Shown here: positions 11,901 to 22,400 of the stretch, piece after piece | Layout: each line of letters starts with the position of its first letter | How positions within the stretch are numbered: the stretch's first letter is position 1 | Virus record (IMG/VR): IMGVR_UViG_3300021400_000063 | Source: a virus | Lineage: Duplodnaviria > Caudoviricetes | Length of the DNA: 64,000 bases | Direction: 5' to 3' (one strand) | The notes under the pieces: model-generated | The model's input: the letters and a program-made list of their open reading frames with translations, nothing else | Databases searched by the model: none | What the model was told of the DNA's origin: nothing | Translations under genes and position numbers: made by a program

Positions 11901-14900
11901 GTTATACCTTTATCAACTGAAAGTAATAAATTTTTATCAATATCATAAATAGAAAAACTCATGAAATTTGTATCTGTAGTAGAATCTCTATTGTTTTTGA
12001 TAGCTGCGATATATGTTTTTCCTTCAATTTCTACAGAATCTATACAAATTAAAGGTATATTAGAAATTACGAATTTATTAAATGAATCATCATAAATGTA
12101 ATTAACTACATTTGTATAATCTGAAGTAGCTATAGAAATCAACAATTCTTTTTCAGTATCAATTAAATGTACACATCCAGGATCATCGATATCATAATTC
12201 AATTTACAATAAATTAACTGTAAATCGTCTGAAATCAAACCTAAGAAATAATGATCGTAACAAGGAATATTGATTACAGCAAATTTTCCTCTAGATGTTT
12301 CCCAAATACGTTTTATATCAAAACCTGCTTTAGGATATACTCTATCCCATATATCATGTCTTGTAAAATCATTTTCAAGATATGTATCATAAATGATAGT
12401 TTTATAAGTATCATCAACTTTAGCATGTAATAATATTTTATCATCATTTAAGATAAATACAGCACGTTCATCTATAACTTTAGAAAGATCAACTGATGTA
12501 GATTTAGTTGAAAGAATGTAATATTCTTCTGTATTAGGAAGAATTAATTCACCAGTTTCATTAGTCGTTATTTCAACTTTTGTAAAATATCTATTTTCAC
12601 AAATAAATACATATGAAGTTGAAACAATTGATTCTGCTACGTTGGTCATCATTTCATAATGATGTTTTGGTTCGAAATATTCAACTTTTCCTGCAGAATT
12701 TACTTCCCATTTAGTAATAGCTTCAGAAGCCTGTTCATATGTGTCGTAACTACCAACTGTATTTCTTATATAATATTTTATACCAGGAATAGGATATTTA
12801 ACAACATCAGTATCTACCTTTACGAATGTTGAAGCGTCATCTACGACATATCTGTAAGGAATAATATGTTTATTAATTAATTGTCCAACGGTTACTGTTC
12901 CTTCAAATTTTAAACTATTCCAAACACATCTTTCATGATTAAGCTTGAATAAGTTTATAACATTACCATCGATATCTTTTATTATATATGAACCTGATAC
13001 AATATCTTTTTCAATCTGTATGTTATTTTTATAAACTTCAGCATTTATATCGCTAGCTGTATATAAACTATCCAATGTTTGTTCAGTTCCATTATTATCA
13101 ATCTTACTAACAACACCACCGTTTATACAAACTTTACCGTTTTTCAAAACTTCTATTCTATATTTTTTACCAGAAGATATATTATTACTAATTCGTCCAA
13201 TTATAGTTCCATTAGGAACAATGTTAGTAACATCTGTTATTGGAGAATTTTCAGAATCAACAGGTGTAAGTTCTCTTCTAATAAATTCTTTAGAAACATC
13301 ATCGATAATTATTGCAACATTTCCTTTAGTATATGGAACAAAACATCCTATTCCATATGGAGTTTTAATAAGACAATCGTTAAATGATAATTTATTATTT
13401 ACTTGGAATTGAAATTCTGTTGATGACCAATAAGAAATTGGAGCGATAGAATTTTCTAATGGAAGAGTATTTTCAAATGTTTCGAAAGATAATGTTTTTT
13501 CATTAAATATAAAATTATTCGAACCCTGTGCAAAAATAGTGTTATTAATTTCTACAAATTTGAAAACGAAATCTTTAGAAGATTTACACAATGTTTCATA
13601 ATCTGTATATTTATTGTATCTAAATGGTTTCTGAATAATAGTATATTCATTAACATTTGATTTAGATATTACATAAATGTAAGGAACGTACAAATCTGTA
13701 ATATTATCATTAACATGTGAAATACGGATAATAAGTTTATCACTATTTTCAAAATTATAAATATCTGCTAAAACTTGTTCATTAGTAGCTGTGATATTCG
13801 AATCTCCGATGATTACATCAGGTATAAGTCTAGGATTATCCTTATTTATTTTAACAAGAACACCATTATTAGTTATACCATAAATTTCACCATTTAATTC
13901 AGTAAAATCATAGAAAATATAACCTAATTCAGGAGATACTTTTTCAACTTCTTCCAATTCATCATCTAAACAGAATAAACCACCATTAGATTTACTATAA
14001 TATAATTCATTATTTATAGCTCTAGCTGATATAACATTTGTAAGAGTTTTTACAACTGTCATTGCAGGGAAACCATCGGTGCTTTTAGATGAAGCTTCTT
14101 TAACGACAACAAGATTTGTCACAGTGCTAGATTCAGCAACATAACCAACAAAATAATTTATCTTATTATATACTACATTAAAAGGATCAATTCTTTTACT
14201 ATATTTAGGTTTTGTTAATCCATTATCTTCATCATCACATGAGTTCTTAAATGTTACTGGTAATTTACCGGCGATAAATTTTTCATATACTGGTAAAAGA
14301 TTATTCGAACCTATTTCAGTTCTTGTTTGAGCTAAATTGTAAATAGTATCTTTATAAATATAAGAGAATTTATCAGATAATAATGAACCTTTGAATTTAC
14401 CATGTTCAAATTTCTTTAATTCAGAACTATCATTATAATCAGTTGTAAGATGAGATATAGTACATTGTGGATGTCTAAATACTCTATTTTTATTTACAGA
14501 TTTGTATTTTTTAGTAACAGATATAGTTGTCTCATATCCAGGTTTTAAATTTCCCTGAGAATCATACTTATCATTCTCTTTAATAGTCTGTTCTTTAATA
14601 AGTCTGTAAATTACTTCACGATAATCTGCAATTGAAAGATTATCTCCAGATTTATGAATCAAAACATATAAATTTTCATCATTGATATCAGAAAGATTAC
14701 TTGTATTTAACAGAGTAAATCCAAAATAATTAATGAAACCGTATTTATTTGTACTAAGTGTAAATTTACTAATTGTAATATTCTTAGTAACACTTTGACT
14801 ATTTACAACTATATCAAGATTATGTGGCTTAGCTGGATTAATATCATTGAATGTATATGTATTATTAGTGTAATACATATTATATGTATCTTTAGAATTA

Positions 14901-17263
14901 TAAATAGCTGACATCTTATCAATCAATGTACAATAAAGCTTTGCTTTAAAATCAATCATTACTGTTTCATCAGTTGAATAATCTGTGTAATCGCTATCTG
15001 GATCATATTTTTCATAATCACCATTGATAAGGTCGAAATACTTATGTCTAAGTTTTTTAGAAGATGAATCATCATAATCGAAATTATGACAGAAAATATT
15101 CTGTTTTCCATCTTTTTCAGAAACAATATAAGCTTCTGTAGCCTTATTTACAACTATATCTGTGAATGTACTGTCATCAGTCCAGAATTTACATACTAAA
15201 TTTTTAGTAGTTGTAAGTTCATAAACACCCTTACCATCAAGGATATAAATATTTCCTTTAAAAGATTGATAGATGGCTTTAACATCTTGCAAATATGGTT
15301 TATCGATAAGATATAATTCATCTTCCCCTTCAACAGGTTTCATATAAAGAACAGAATCTTTATCAGAATATCCTTTAACTTCATCATTTTCTTCTACTGG
15401 AACAAAATTAAGTGCTTCGATAATATAATTATCATCGATGATTAAAAGTTTATTTTCATCAGTAATACCAAAAGTAAGTAAAGATGTAGAAACTATTTTC
15501 TTAATAACATCTGTTAATGAATATGAAATATTAGTTGTTTTATTGTATTTCTTAAGAATATCGATATGTTTAAATGTGTAGTTAGAAATATTTATCTGTA
15601 AATCTCTAACTGATAAAACAACTGTTTTCTTTCCATTAATTTCTGATTCATAATTAAGATGTATGAAAAGACCAGTTTCTGAAAGAATAAGATCCAATGA
15701 TGTACCATCATTTTTAGTATCGAAACTTTCTAATTCTTCGATATCGATCTTCTGTTCAACAGTTGCAGATTCGATAGCATCATTTGTATAAGTATTTGTA
15801 GAATTATTATATCTCAAAAACTTATAATAAATAGAACCATTTCTTGAATTTGAAACAAGAATTATTTTTCCAGGTTCAAATTCAATGAATTTATTTTTCT
15901 GAATGAAATTAATATCAGATGTACTTACATGGAATTCACCAAATATTGTAGTATTAATATTTGATGTAGAATAGTTAAACATGTAAAGACGTGAAATTTT
16001 ACGTCCGTTTAATTCAGAACCAACTTGTACAATAATTTCATTTGTACTCATCAACTGAACATCTTCGACATTTACTCCAAGATCAGTATATTCTGTAAAA
16101 TTACTTCTAGGATAAACGTAACAATGATTAGAATTGTCACCAATAAATGTGTAAGAACCTACATCTTTTACAAAGAATCCATCAGTTGTAAGTTTATCAT
16201 AAACTGTAGCATTATCCATAGAAATATTATCTATAGAGAATTTATCAATAGCTGGTATAATATAAACCTTACTATGTTCAGTATCAACGATAAATACTTT
16301 TTGCTGATTTCCCGAATAGAATACTTTATCAAATTTAACGGCTTCAATTCCAGATTTAAGAAGATTGAAATTATCAATAACCTGTTTATTTGATTCTACA
16401 TAAGTTTTCTGAAGTAAATATTTATAAGGATTGATGTTTCCAATACAAATAAGTAAATCATTTCTTGATGCTATGCGGAAATAAATATCGAAAACAGGTC
16501 CGATTTCATTTTTCAAAGAAATCTTATCTTCAATATTAGATTTCTTTACATCGATAGCATATTCATCTACAACATTACCAGTATTATCAGCATTTTCAAC
16601 AATAGCTTTAACAATGATTTCATCAGGAGCATTAACAGGATCGTGACGGATAATAAAGAAACGTCCATAGAATACTCTATTAATTTTAGTAGTAGGTTCT
16701 CTATAAACATCACCATCAACAATTTTTACAATATCTGGGAACTGAGAATAAGTAAATGCGAACTCAATAATCTTAAGATGCTCAATATCATCCATATGAA
16801 TATTAAATGCATGAACTTTATCGTCGTTATTAATATCAGTATTATTATAAAAACGAAGTGCTTGATCTTTAAAACTAATATCGATAGTTTTATTGATAAA
16901 ATCATAAGTTTTATATTTTGTTTCGGAGCGATTGTTTTTAAAAGTTGTAATAGATGGATGTGATCCAGTTCTAACTATTCCAGAATCTACTAACTGTGTT
17001 ACATCAACAGCAGTATTATCGATTTGGTTATGTACATCTTTTACATATTCTTCTACACCGTTTTCACCAACCATCTTTTGAGTTACAAAACCTAATTTTT
17101 CATTCATTTCAGCAATGAGTTCATCAAGTTTTTTATTTGTTTCATCAAGAGTAGTTTGAACGGTATTATCTGCGAATATTTTACGAGCTTTTTCAGTTAC
17201 TTCTACCTCATAATTTTTACGAACGTAGAGTAAATTGTTCTCATCAAAAGAGTTCTCATTCAT
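8972..17263 (-). CDS. Giant (2763 aa) putative tail/fibre structural protein with beta-propeller-like repeats
   Basis: Uninterrupted 8.3 kb ORF with aaggag RBS and GACA-N6-TA motif (17297-17308); recurring (I/M)xETxxG(I/V)F blade motifs. Confidence 0.5.
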   Translation of the reverse strand: MNENSFDENNLLYVRKNYEVEVTEKARKIFADNTVQTTLDETNKKLDELIAEMNEKLGFVTQKMVGENGVEEYVKDVHNQIDNTAVDVTQLVDSGIVRTGSHPSITTFKNNRSETKYKTYDFINKTIDISFKDQALRFYNNTDINNDDKVHAFNIHMDDIEHLKIIEFAFTYSQFPDIVKIVDGDVYREPTTKINRVFYGRFFIIRHDPVNAPDEIIVKAIVENADNTGNVVDEYAIDVKKSNIEDKISLKNEIGPVFDIYFRIASRNDLLICIGNINPYKYLLQKTYVESNKQVIDNFNLLKSGIEAVKFDKVFYSGNQQKVFIVDTEHSKVYIIPAIDKFSIDNISMDNATVYDKLTTDGFFVKDVGSYTFIGDNSNHCYVYPRSNFTEYTDLGVNVEDVQLMSTNEIIVQVGSELNGRKISRLYMFNYSTSNINTTIFGEFHVSTSDINFIQKNKFIEFEPGKIILVSNSRNGSIYYKFLRYNNSTNTYTNDAIESATVEQKIDIEELESFDTKNDGTSLDLILSETGLFIHLNYESEINGKKTVVLSVRDLQINISNYTFKHIDILKKYNKTTNISYSLTDVIKKIVSTSLLTFGITDENKLLIIDDNYIIEALNFVPVEENDEVKGYSDKDSVLYMKPVEGEDELYLIDKPYLQDVKAIYQSFKGNIYILDGKGVYELTTTKNLVCKFWTDDSTFTDIVVNKATEAYIVSEKDGKQNIFCHNFDYDDSSSKKLRHKYFDLINGDYEKYDPDSDYTDYSTDETVMIDFKAKLYCTLIDKMSAIYNSKDTYNMYYTNNTYTFNDINPAKPHNLDIVVNSQSVTKNITISKFTLSTNKYGFINYFGFTLLNTSNLSDINDENLYVLIHKSGDNLSIADYREVIYRLIKEQTIKENDKYDSQGNLKPGYETTISVTKKYKSVNKNRVFRHPQCTISHLTTDYNDSSELKKFEHGKFKGSLLSDKFSYIYKDTIYNLAQTRTEIGSNNLLPVYEKFIAGKLPVTFKNSCDDEDNGLTKPKYSKRIDPFNVVYNKINYFVGYVAESSTVTNLVVVKEASSKSTDGFPAMTVVKTLTNVISARAINNELYYSKSNGGLFCLDDELEEVEKVSPELGYIFYDFTELNGEIYGITNNGVLVKINKDNPRLIPDVIIGDSNITATNEQVLADIYNFENSDKLIIRISHVNDNITDLYVPYIYVISKSNVNEYTIIQKPFRYNKYTDYETLCKSSKDFVFKFVEINNTIFAQGSNNFIFNEKTLSFETFENTLPLENSIAPISYWSSTEFQFQVNNKLSFNDCLIKTPYGIGCFVPYTKGNVAIIIDDVSKEFIRRELTPVDSENSPITDVTNIVPNGTIIGRISNNISSGKKYRIEVLKNGKVCINGGVVSKIDNNGTEQTLDSLYTASDINAEVYKNNIQIEKDIVSGSYIIKDIDGNVINLFKLNHERCVWNSLKFEGTVTVGQLINKHIIPYRYVVDDASTFVKVDTDVVKYPIPGIKYYIRNTVGSYDTYEQASEAITKWEVNSAGKVEYFEPKHHYEMMTNVAESIVSTSYVFICENRYFTKVEITTNETGELILPNTEEYYILSTKSTSVDLSKVIDERAVFILNDDKILLHAKVDDTYKTIIYDTYLENDFTRHDIWDRVYPKAGFDIKRIWETSRGKFAVINIPCYDHYFLGLISDDLQLIYCKLNYDIDDPGCVHLIDTEKELLISIATSDYTNVVNYIYDDSFNKFVISNIPLICIDSVEIEGKTYIAAIKNNRDSTTDTNFMSFSIYDIDKNLLLSVDKGITIPVYNTTRNSIKQFDNVFVKRTNSITGKEEAYVFFTINTSKNDTSDDSVYDCIHISGNIVQLEDLNFLAYTKFGDANGKPTFVNTMLTPENKILLICSYSAIFSLEEDGSINVITGLPSFIKPINNNGNDLVNLGDIVFKNTHSNIPNISSIEDDENKLPSTYNWHYYNPVNNTYLVDSSEYRRDDMLGYFEDRPLLINHKFYLTNIFQKCYVSEGNVLDPFDVIFKYIMGDNEIKSYSESSIFISDPKSLINQKCLPVAYKDTMVFGTSVLDEQTGRPSSNWFSIYDSDKTTLISDFICFDYLFVTKSGKMFGVYGSNIYENNDVLSSPKWFKVQGGSAHECEYTINGLVYNTFKKMIETKYGIFYFDSKNILKYNEETDIFEVVPHEFDLTSNNLNFAESFDTGLFIGNKRDDGFERRRNDAGFDELDFSTTGINFNYYDPKQNEFVALLPSTVLTTISKMSTSRIVDIQETSRGVFILYCANDNTYKNTIFRCYLSVYNVLLWEECKYKTTFNLLDGSSYTNEYPCNHSQVWEDTTTNTIWISGTAYIPADATGMLMSDYQNTDITIGRYSGAWAYRKFMENDNSDYRHDHGIDFRFEPNISNTSLNDSMDTTSVVYARKYDNPLFDKFNGSEKIISTDFGNFVISRYFNYIFGSGGIYKINGVGTNDEVKSISYFEYKQLSTSGLTSDIRDAYYLKEINGKLFVIFNGDSNIPRSMHILEYDFENNKFIPYYAYGDESTSVSGFDEKTIADIELAEYNGILYMKPSNDSNIYMFGDRQFDGVTSSPESESNDVLYELRAIFDNQDSYNNLVEKTDNSNLDKFVFKEIGIIDGITGIAKHIFQYFEPNEFYNEADGVVKPLITKPREFHQSNSIKQLYKNIYQKFNSKNLINNRFLKQGQTIIADGFKHEVSEILGDVENYLVNTDNARIELKIYPVETEDFIDSNIKPCKFGITTSVADDESGIEPFDPYD

Positions 17264-17350
17264 AATATATACTCCTTTACATAATTATCAATGTTATATC
17301 TAAATGTCAAAACGTAATTATAAAAAAAGATGGCTATAAAAGCCATCTTT

Positions 17351-18094
17351 TTACGAAATTTTTTTCAAATACTTGATATATTCCTTCCTATCTGGAGTAT
17401 CAATAGGAATTTGATCTTCTATATATTCGTTTAATTTGTTTTGACTTTTTAACTCTTTCATATATGCTTCATGTTTATTAGGATTAGTATAAATATAAAT
17501 ATGCTCTAATTTAAATGTAACTAGTTTTGAATTTTTAAGAATCTCAAAATAAAGATATCCATCTTCATTTCTAATAAATTTATTTAAAAATGGTATAGAT
17601 TCAAATGTTTTTAAAACTGTTTTACGTTTAAATAATTTATTCCATAATCCGAGATTTGTCCAACTCATAACAGATTTAATGTTATGAATATCTCTGATAT
17701 ACATACCTTCAAAACCAAAATATCTAAAAACATATGTATTAATAATCTTATCTCCAAAATCATAACAATATTCATAAGCAGAAATATCTTCATCAATAGT
17801 AGGTAATCTTATTATATCATATAACTTATCATCTATATCTATAAACCAAATATAATCTCCAATAGCATTTAAAACTCCACTTCTTCTAGCTTCAAATGTA
17901 CCTACATTATCAAACAATTCATGACTTCGTACCAATTTATATTGTGACGAAATACTAATATCTTCAGTTTTATCATTTCTATCATCAACAAATATAACTT
18001 CTTTATTAAATGTTAATTTATTTAATTCTTTAATAATATTTGGTATTTTATCATAATCATTATCATAAAAAGGAATAATTATACTTATTAACAA
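17351..18094 (-). CDS. Glycosyltransferase family 2
   Basis: ISIIIPFYD, EVIFVDD, GTFEARRSG, FIDIDD, LWNKLF and NED motifs. Confidence 0.88.
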   Translation of the reverse strand: MLISIIIPFYDNDYDKIPNIIKELNKLTFNKEVIFVDDRNDKTEDISISSQYKLVRSHELFDNVGTFEARRSGVLNAIGDYIWFIDIDDKLYDIIRLPTIDEDISAYEYCYDFGDKIINTYVFRYFGFEGMYIRDIHNIKSVMSWTNLGLWNKLFKRKTVLKTFESIPFLNKFIRNEDGYLYFEILKNSKLVTFKLEHIYIYTNPNKHEAYMKELKSQNKLNEYIEDQIPIDTPDRKEYIKYLKKIS

Positions 18095-18155
18095 TTTTAA
18101 ACTCCTTAAAAATGAGACGTACGAAATAATGAATTCGTACGTCTTTAATAATTTA

Positions 18156-18983
18156 TTAAGATTTAAAAGAATCTAAAAATGCTAATATTTCTTTCGAAAC
18201 ATTAGCTTCATCTTTCTCTAATATAGTTTTAAATTCTTCAATATCTTCTTCATTAAAAAATTCATTTACCAATACTGCACCAAAGGTAGCTTTTTCATTT
18301 TTATTGATATTAAATCTATCATTACAATAATTATTTTTCATCTTGATTGTACAAATAATACTATTGTAATATTTAAAACTTTTCATATATTTTAAAGCAG
18401 CTGTAATTAAATACAAATTTGAAAATTTATTAAAATTATTTATTGTATTAAATTTTTCATAAATAGATTTTATATAATCAGCTTTAAAAATGAAATTATC
18501 GATAAATGGATTTAAATATTTTTTAATAATATGTCTTGTAGCGAATGGATTCAGTTTTGTATAATCCTGATCTTCCACATTTCCAAAATTATTGTAATTA
18601 TATGTAGAAAACACCGATCTATTATTTTCTTTAAAATATGATAAATTAAATAACGATACATCATAATCTAACATATTTTCAGTTAAATTAACAATTGATA
18701 CATTATCAGTTGAATCTAAAAACCAAACTAGATCCCCTGTAGATTTCTTCAAACCTTTTCGTCTAGATTCAAAAATACCTATAGGTTTTTTATTAATGAT
18801 AAATTTCCAATTATTATCTTTAAGTTCTTTATAACAATTAAAAGTTTCTGGTTTAAATTGTGTATCAGAAACTAAAATTATTTCTTTTTCACAATTTTTT
18901 ACAAAACAATCTATTGCCGAATTTAAAGAATATAATGTAATTTCAGTCGGTTCTATTATCGGAATTATTATAGAAAGTTTCAT
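18156..18983 (-). CDS. Glycosyltransferase family 2 (divergent)
   Basis: KLSIIIP, EIILVSD, GIFESRRKGLKKSTGDLVWFLDSTD. Confidence 0.75.
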   Translation of the reverse strand: MKLSIIIPIIEPTEITLYSLNSAIDCFVKNCEKEIILVSDTQFKPETFNCYKELKDNNWKFIINKKPIGIFESRRKGLKKSTGDLVWFLDSTDNVSIVNLTENMLDYDVSLFNLSYFKENNRSVFSTYNYNNFGNVEDQDYTKLNPFATRHIIKKYLNPFIDNFIFKADYIKSIYEKFNTINNFNKFSNLYLITAALKYMKSFKYYNSIICTIKMKNNYCNDRFNINKNEKATFGAVLVNEFFNEEDIEEFKTILEKDEANVSKEILAFLDSFKS

Positions 18984-19377
18984 TTAAATTATACTCCTTT
19001 GTACCATATTCTATATTATCTCTAATATATTTATTTATAATATCAAATTTAAAATTTTTATCAACGAATATTATAATTGGTGTTATAATACTTTCATCAG
19101 GATTTATTATATTGAAAGTATAGTTAGTTAAAATATCATGTAAATCGATTGTTATATTTTTCGGAAGTTCATAATTAATAGATAATACATCTTTTTTAAC
19201 AATAATATCTTTATTAGAATATTTTATAAATGATGATATATCTACATACTTTTGATTCGATAAGCCTAATTCAGAACAAAAGGTTCCTATACAAATATCA
19301 TACATAGATGATAATGTATAGGAACCATTAGTTTGTTCAGAATAAATAATTAATTTTGTTAATCCGTTAGAAATCAT
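18943..19377 (-). CDS. Hypothetical protein
   Basis: 144 aa ORF co-oriented in the operon; overlaps the start of the GT2 gene. Confidence 0.45.
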   Translation of the reverse strand: MISNGLTKLIIYSEQTNGSYTLSSMYDICIGTFCSELGLSNQKYVDISSFIKYSNKDIIVKKDVLSINYELPKNITIDLHDILTNYTFNIINPDESIITPIIIFVDKNFKFDIINKYIRDNIEYGTKEYNLNETFYNNSDNRTD

Positions 19378-19410
19378 TTATACCACAAGTACTACTATAA
19401 GGATATATAA

Positions 19411-22400
19411 TTAACCAACGCTTACAGGATTGATCAAAGGTACATCTGTTACAGTTCCAGGATCTACATTGATAGTACCTGGGGTTAAATCCACATATAC
19501 TCCACCACTAACGATGACTACAGTTGCTTCATTCCACCAATCAAAAACCTGACGTGGAGAAGCTGATGGCGCAAATTCACCTTTGTATGTATAGTCGCTT
19601 GACCTGAAGTATACAGATGTTGATTTACCACCATGTGAACAAGTAATAGTATCAGTACTATCATAACCTGTCCAGTCATATTTTACACCACCAATCAATG
19701 TGTAATGCGAAATACCATCGAACCACATTTGCTCGTCAACTGTAGTATTAACTTTTAAACCATAAATAGTAGCATGCATACTAATTCTAAAATAACAACT
19801 ACCTTGATTTCCATTTAGAGAACCTTTATTTAAAAGTGAAACGTCGGTAATAGTTCCAGCAACAGCCGTACCATTAAGATATGGCATTCCTTGTAAATAA
19901 GGATTACTATCATCATAGTATACCCATAAGTCAGTATTGGCTTTAAGTCTAAACATATTTATTCTAAAAATACCTTCATAACCATCCGGGGTAGCTATTA
20001 CATCAAGTGGTACATTGTAAATAATATATTTATCATTACTATCACATACTTTATTAATGACATAAGTATCAGATGTAGTATAAGCACCATTAGAATATTT
20101 ACCAAAAATAAATGATCCGACACTTGTCATAACAGGATAAATATCAATTGTACCACTGTCTGAAATTCCAGAATAAGTATTTTGACAAACATGACTAAAT
20201 TGTACTGAATTTAAACTATCATGTACTATTGATGCGGTAAATGCTGTACCAGCTTGTTCACCACTAAATGTACCTGATACAGTTATCGTTCTTGTATATT
20301 TAACAGTTTTATTTACAGCATTAAAATTACTCCAGTCATAACTAGCAGTTACATCAGCAACTTGAGATTTTATAGTAGTTGAACCGTATTTCAAATATAA
20401 TGTAGCAGATGATACACTATCAGTGAATGTTGTAAGTACATAACTAACGTCTCCTGTAGCAATATCTGATGTTGCAGATTTCATAGTATACATTCCTGAT
20501 GTAGCTACTCCATTAGTAATTGCTACGAAATTAGCATATATTGTATTTTTAAACGTTGCTGTAGATCCAGTATGTTTAACTACGGAATAACTATTTGTAT
20601 TGTTAGATGTATCTGTATATATCAACATTACAATACCATCGCAGTAATATTTTACATAGCGTTTAATTCTAGATCCAGTTCCTATAACAACTGGACTTAA
20701 AGTGTCATATTCTACAGATCCTGTTACAGCAGGTAATGATCTGCTTCCACTCTTATAATCAGTAGTAATTTCAACACCGTTACTCATACATTTTATAGTT
20801 GGTGAGTATGATCTTGTAATTGTATTGGTATCATCTGGAGCTAACATATACAGTGTATGTGTAATAGGAACACTACTAGAATATTTAGTAAGTTGTTTTG
20901 TTACAGATCCATATGTATAACTACCAGTTAATAAAAGATATGCTGTTTGTGATTCATTAGTATAAGTATTAACTATATCAGATTCAGTTATTGTACAATC
21001 TACAATTATATGGTTAGATCGAGTATTATTATAAGTTGTTGTAGTTATACTTCCTGCAGAATATGTTTTAAATGCTGCAGTTGAAGAACCATAAAATTGT
21101 TTTGAACTGTTAGAAATATTTTTCCAAGTATATGATATTGGAGCTAAAACACTATCAGTTAATAATGTGTATTCTATAGAATTAGATGTAGGTCTATAAG
21201 TAACATTTCTAGTCCATGTAGTATAATGATTACCATTTTCAGCTTTATCAACTGTATTATTTACGTTATAAGTTACTGAAGCCGGTTGATTTGTATCAAT
21301 TGTAACTGTATCAATATTGTAATTTGATGTAGTTTCTACGCCATTTGAAATAGTTTTGAAAACTGGTGTAAATACTCTCTTTACTGTAGCAGTTCCAGAA
21401 GTTGTAATATCATATAAACTATGAGTTACTTCAGCAGATTTAGAAATTGATAATGTTACAGTTGAAGTTCCATATGTATATCCAAAACTTAAAGTTCTTG
21501 TACAAGTTGCAGATGTACCATTATATGTAACTCCACTATTAGAATATGTACCAATAGCACTTGTAACGGAAATATGATCAGTCTTAGCAACATCATAAGT
21601 TATATTTGTTTCAGAACCATTTTTATACGTTTTAAATGTTCCTGTAGATGATCCTTTAAATGTGGCTATTAATTTACCATATTCAAGTGTATCGATTCTA
21701 TAATTTATAACTGCATCAACATCTATAGTATTAACATCTACAACTACAGAATTTTTTATATAAACTACTTTTCTAGTATGAGTAGCAAGATGATTAGATC
21801 CTGAAGCTTTTGTTACAGAATCGCTTACTGTATAATATACATCAGCATTGATATTTCTATCTATTTCGATTACATCATTTTTATAAATGGAAGCAACTGA
21901 TTCTACTCCTGCACTAATTGCATAGAATACAGGTCTGAATTCACGTTTAATTGTAGCTGTAGAAGCATTAGCTTCGAGAGTATATACTGAGTGAGTTATA
22001 GGAGCATCTTTAACTATTGTTTTTCTTATAGTTACTCCACCATAACTATAATCAATATTCATAGTCTGTGAACATGTAATGTTTGATACTGATACATATA
22101 TTTCTGCATTTTTTGTATAAGTAATAGTATTTGATGTAACTGTAATATGTCTAGATTTATTAATATTGTAACTTGTTGTGGTTTCTTTTCCATTAACAAT
22201 TGTATTAAATACACCAGTTGATGAACCTTTCAATGTTGCAGTTGTATCACCAACATTAAGTGTATATATTTCATAATTTACAATTGAATCTGCGTAATCT
22301 GTATTACAAACAACATCTGTAGAACCAGACATATAATGAACATTACGTGTATGTCTAGTAATATGATTACTATCTTTAACTCCAGTAGGAGTATTAGCTA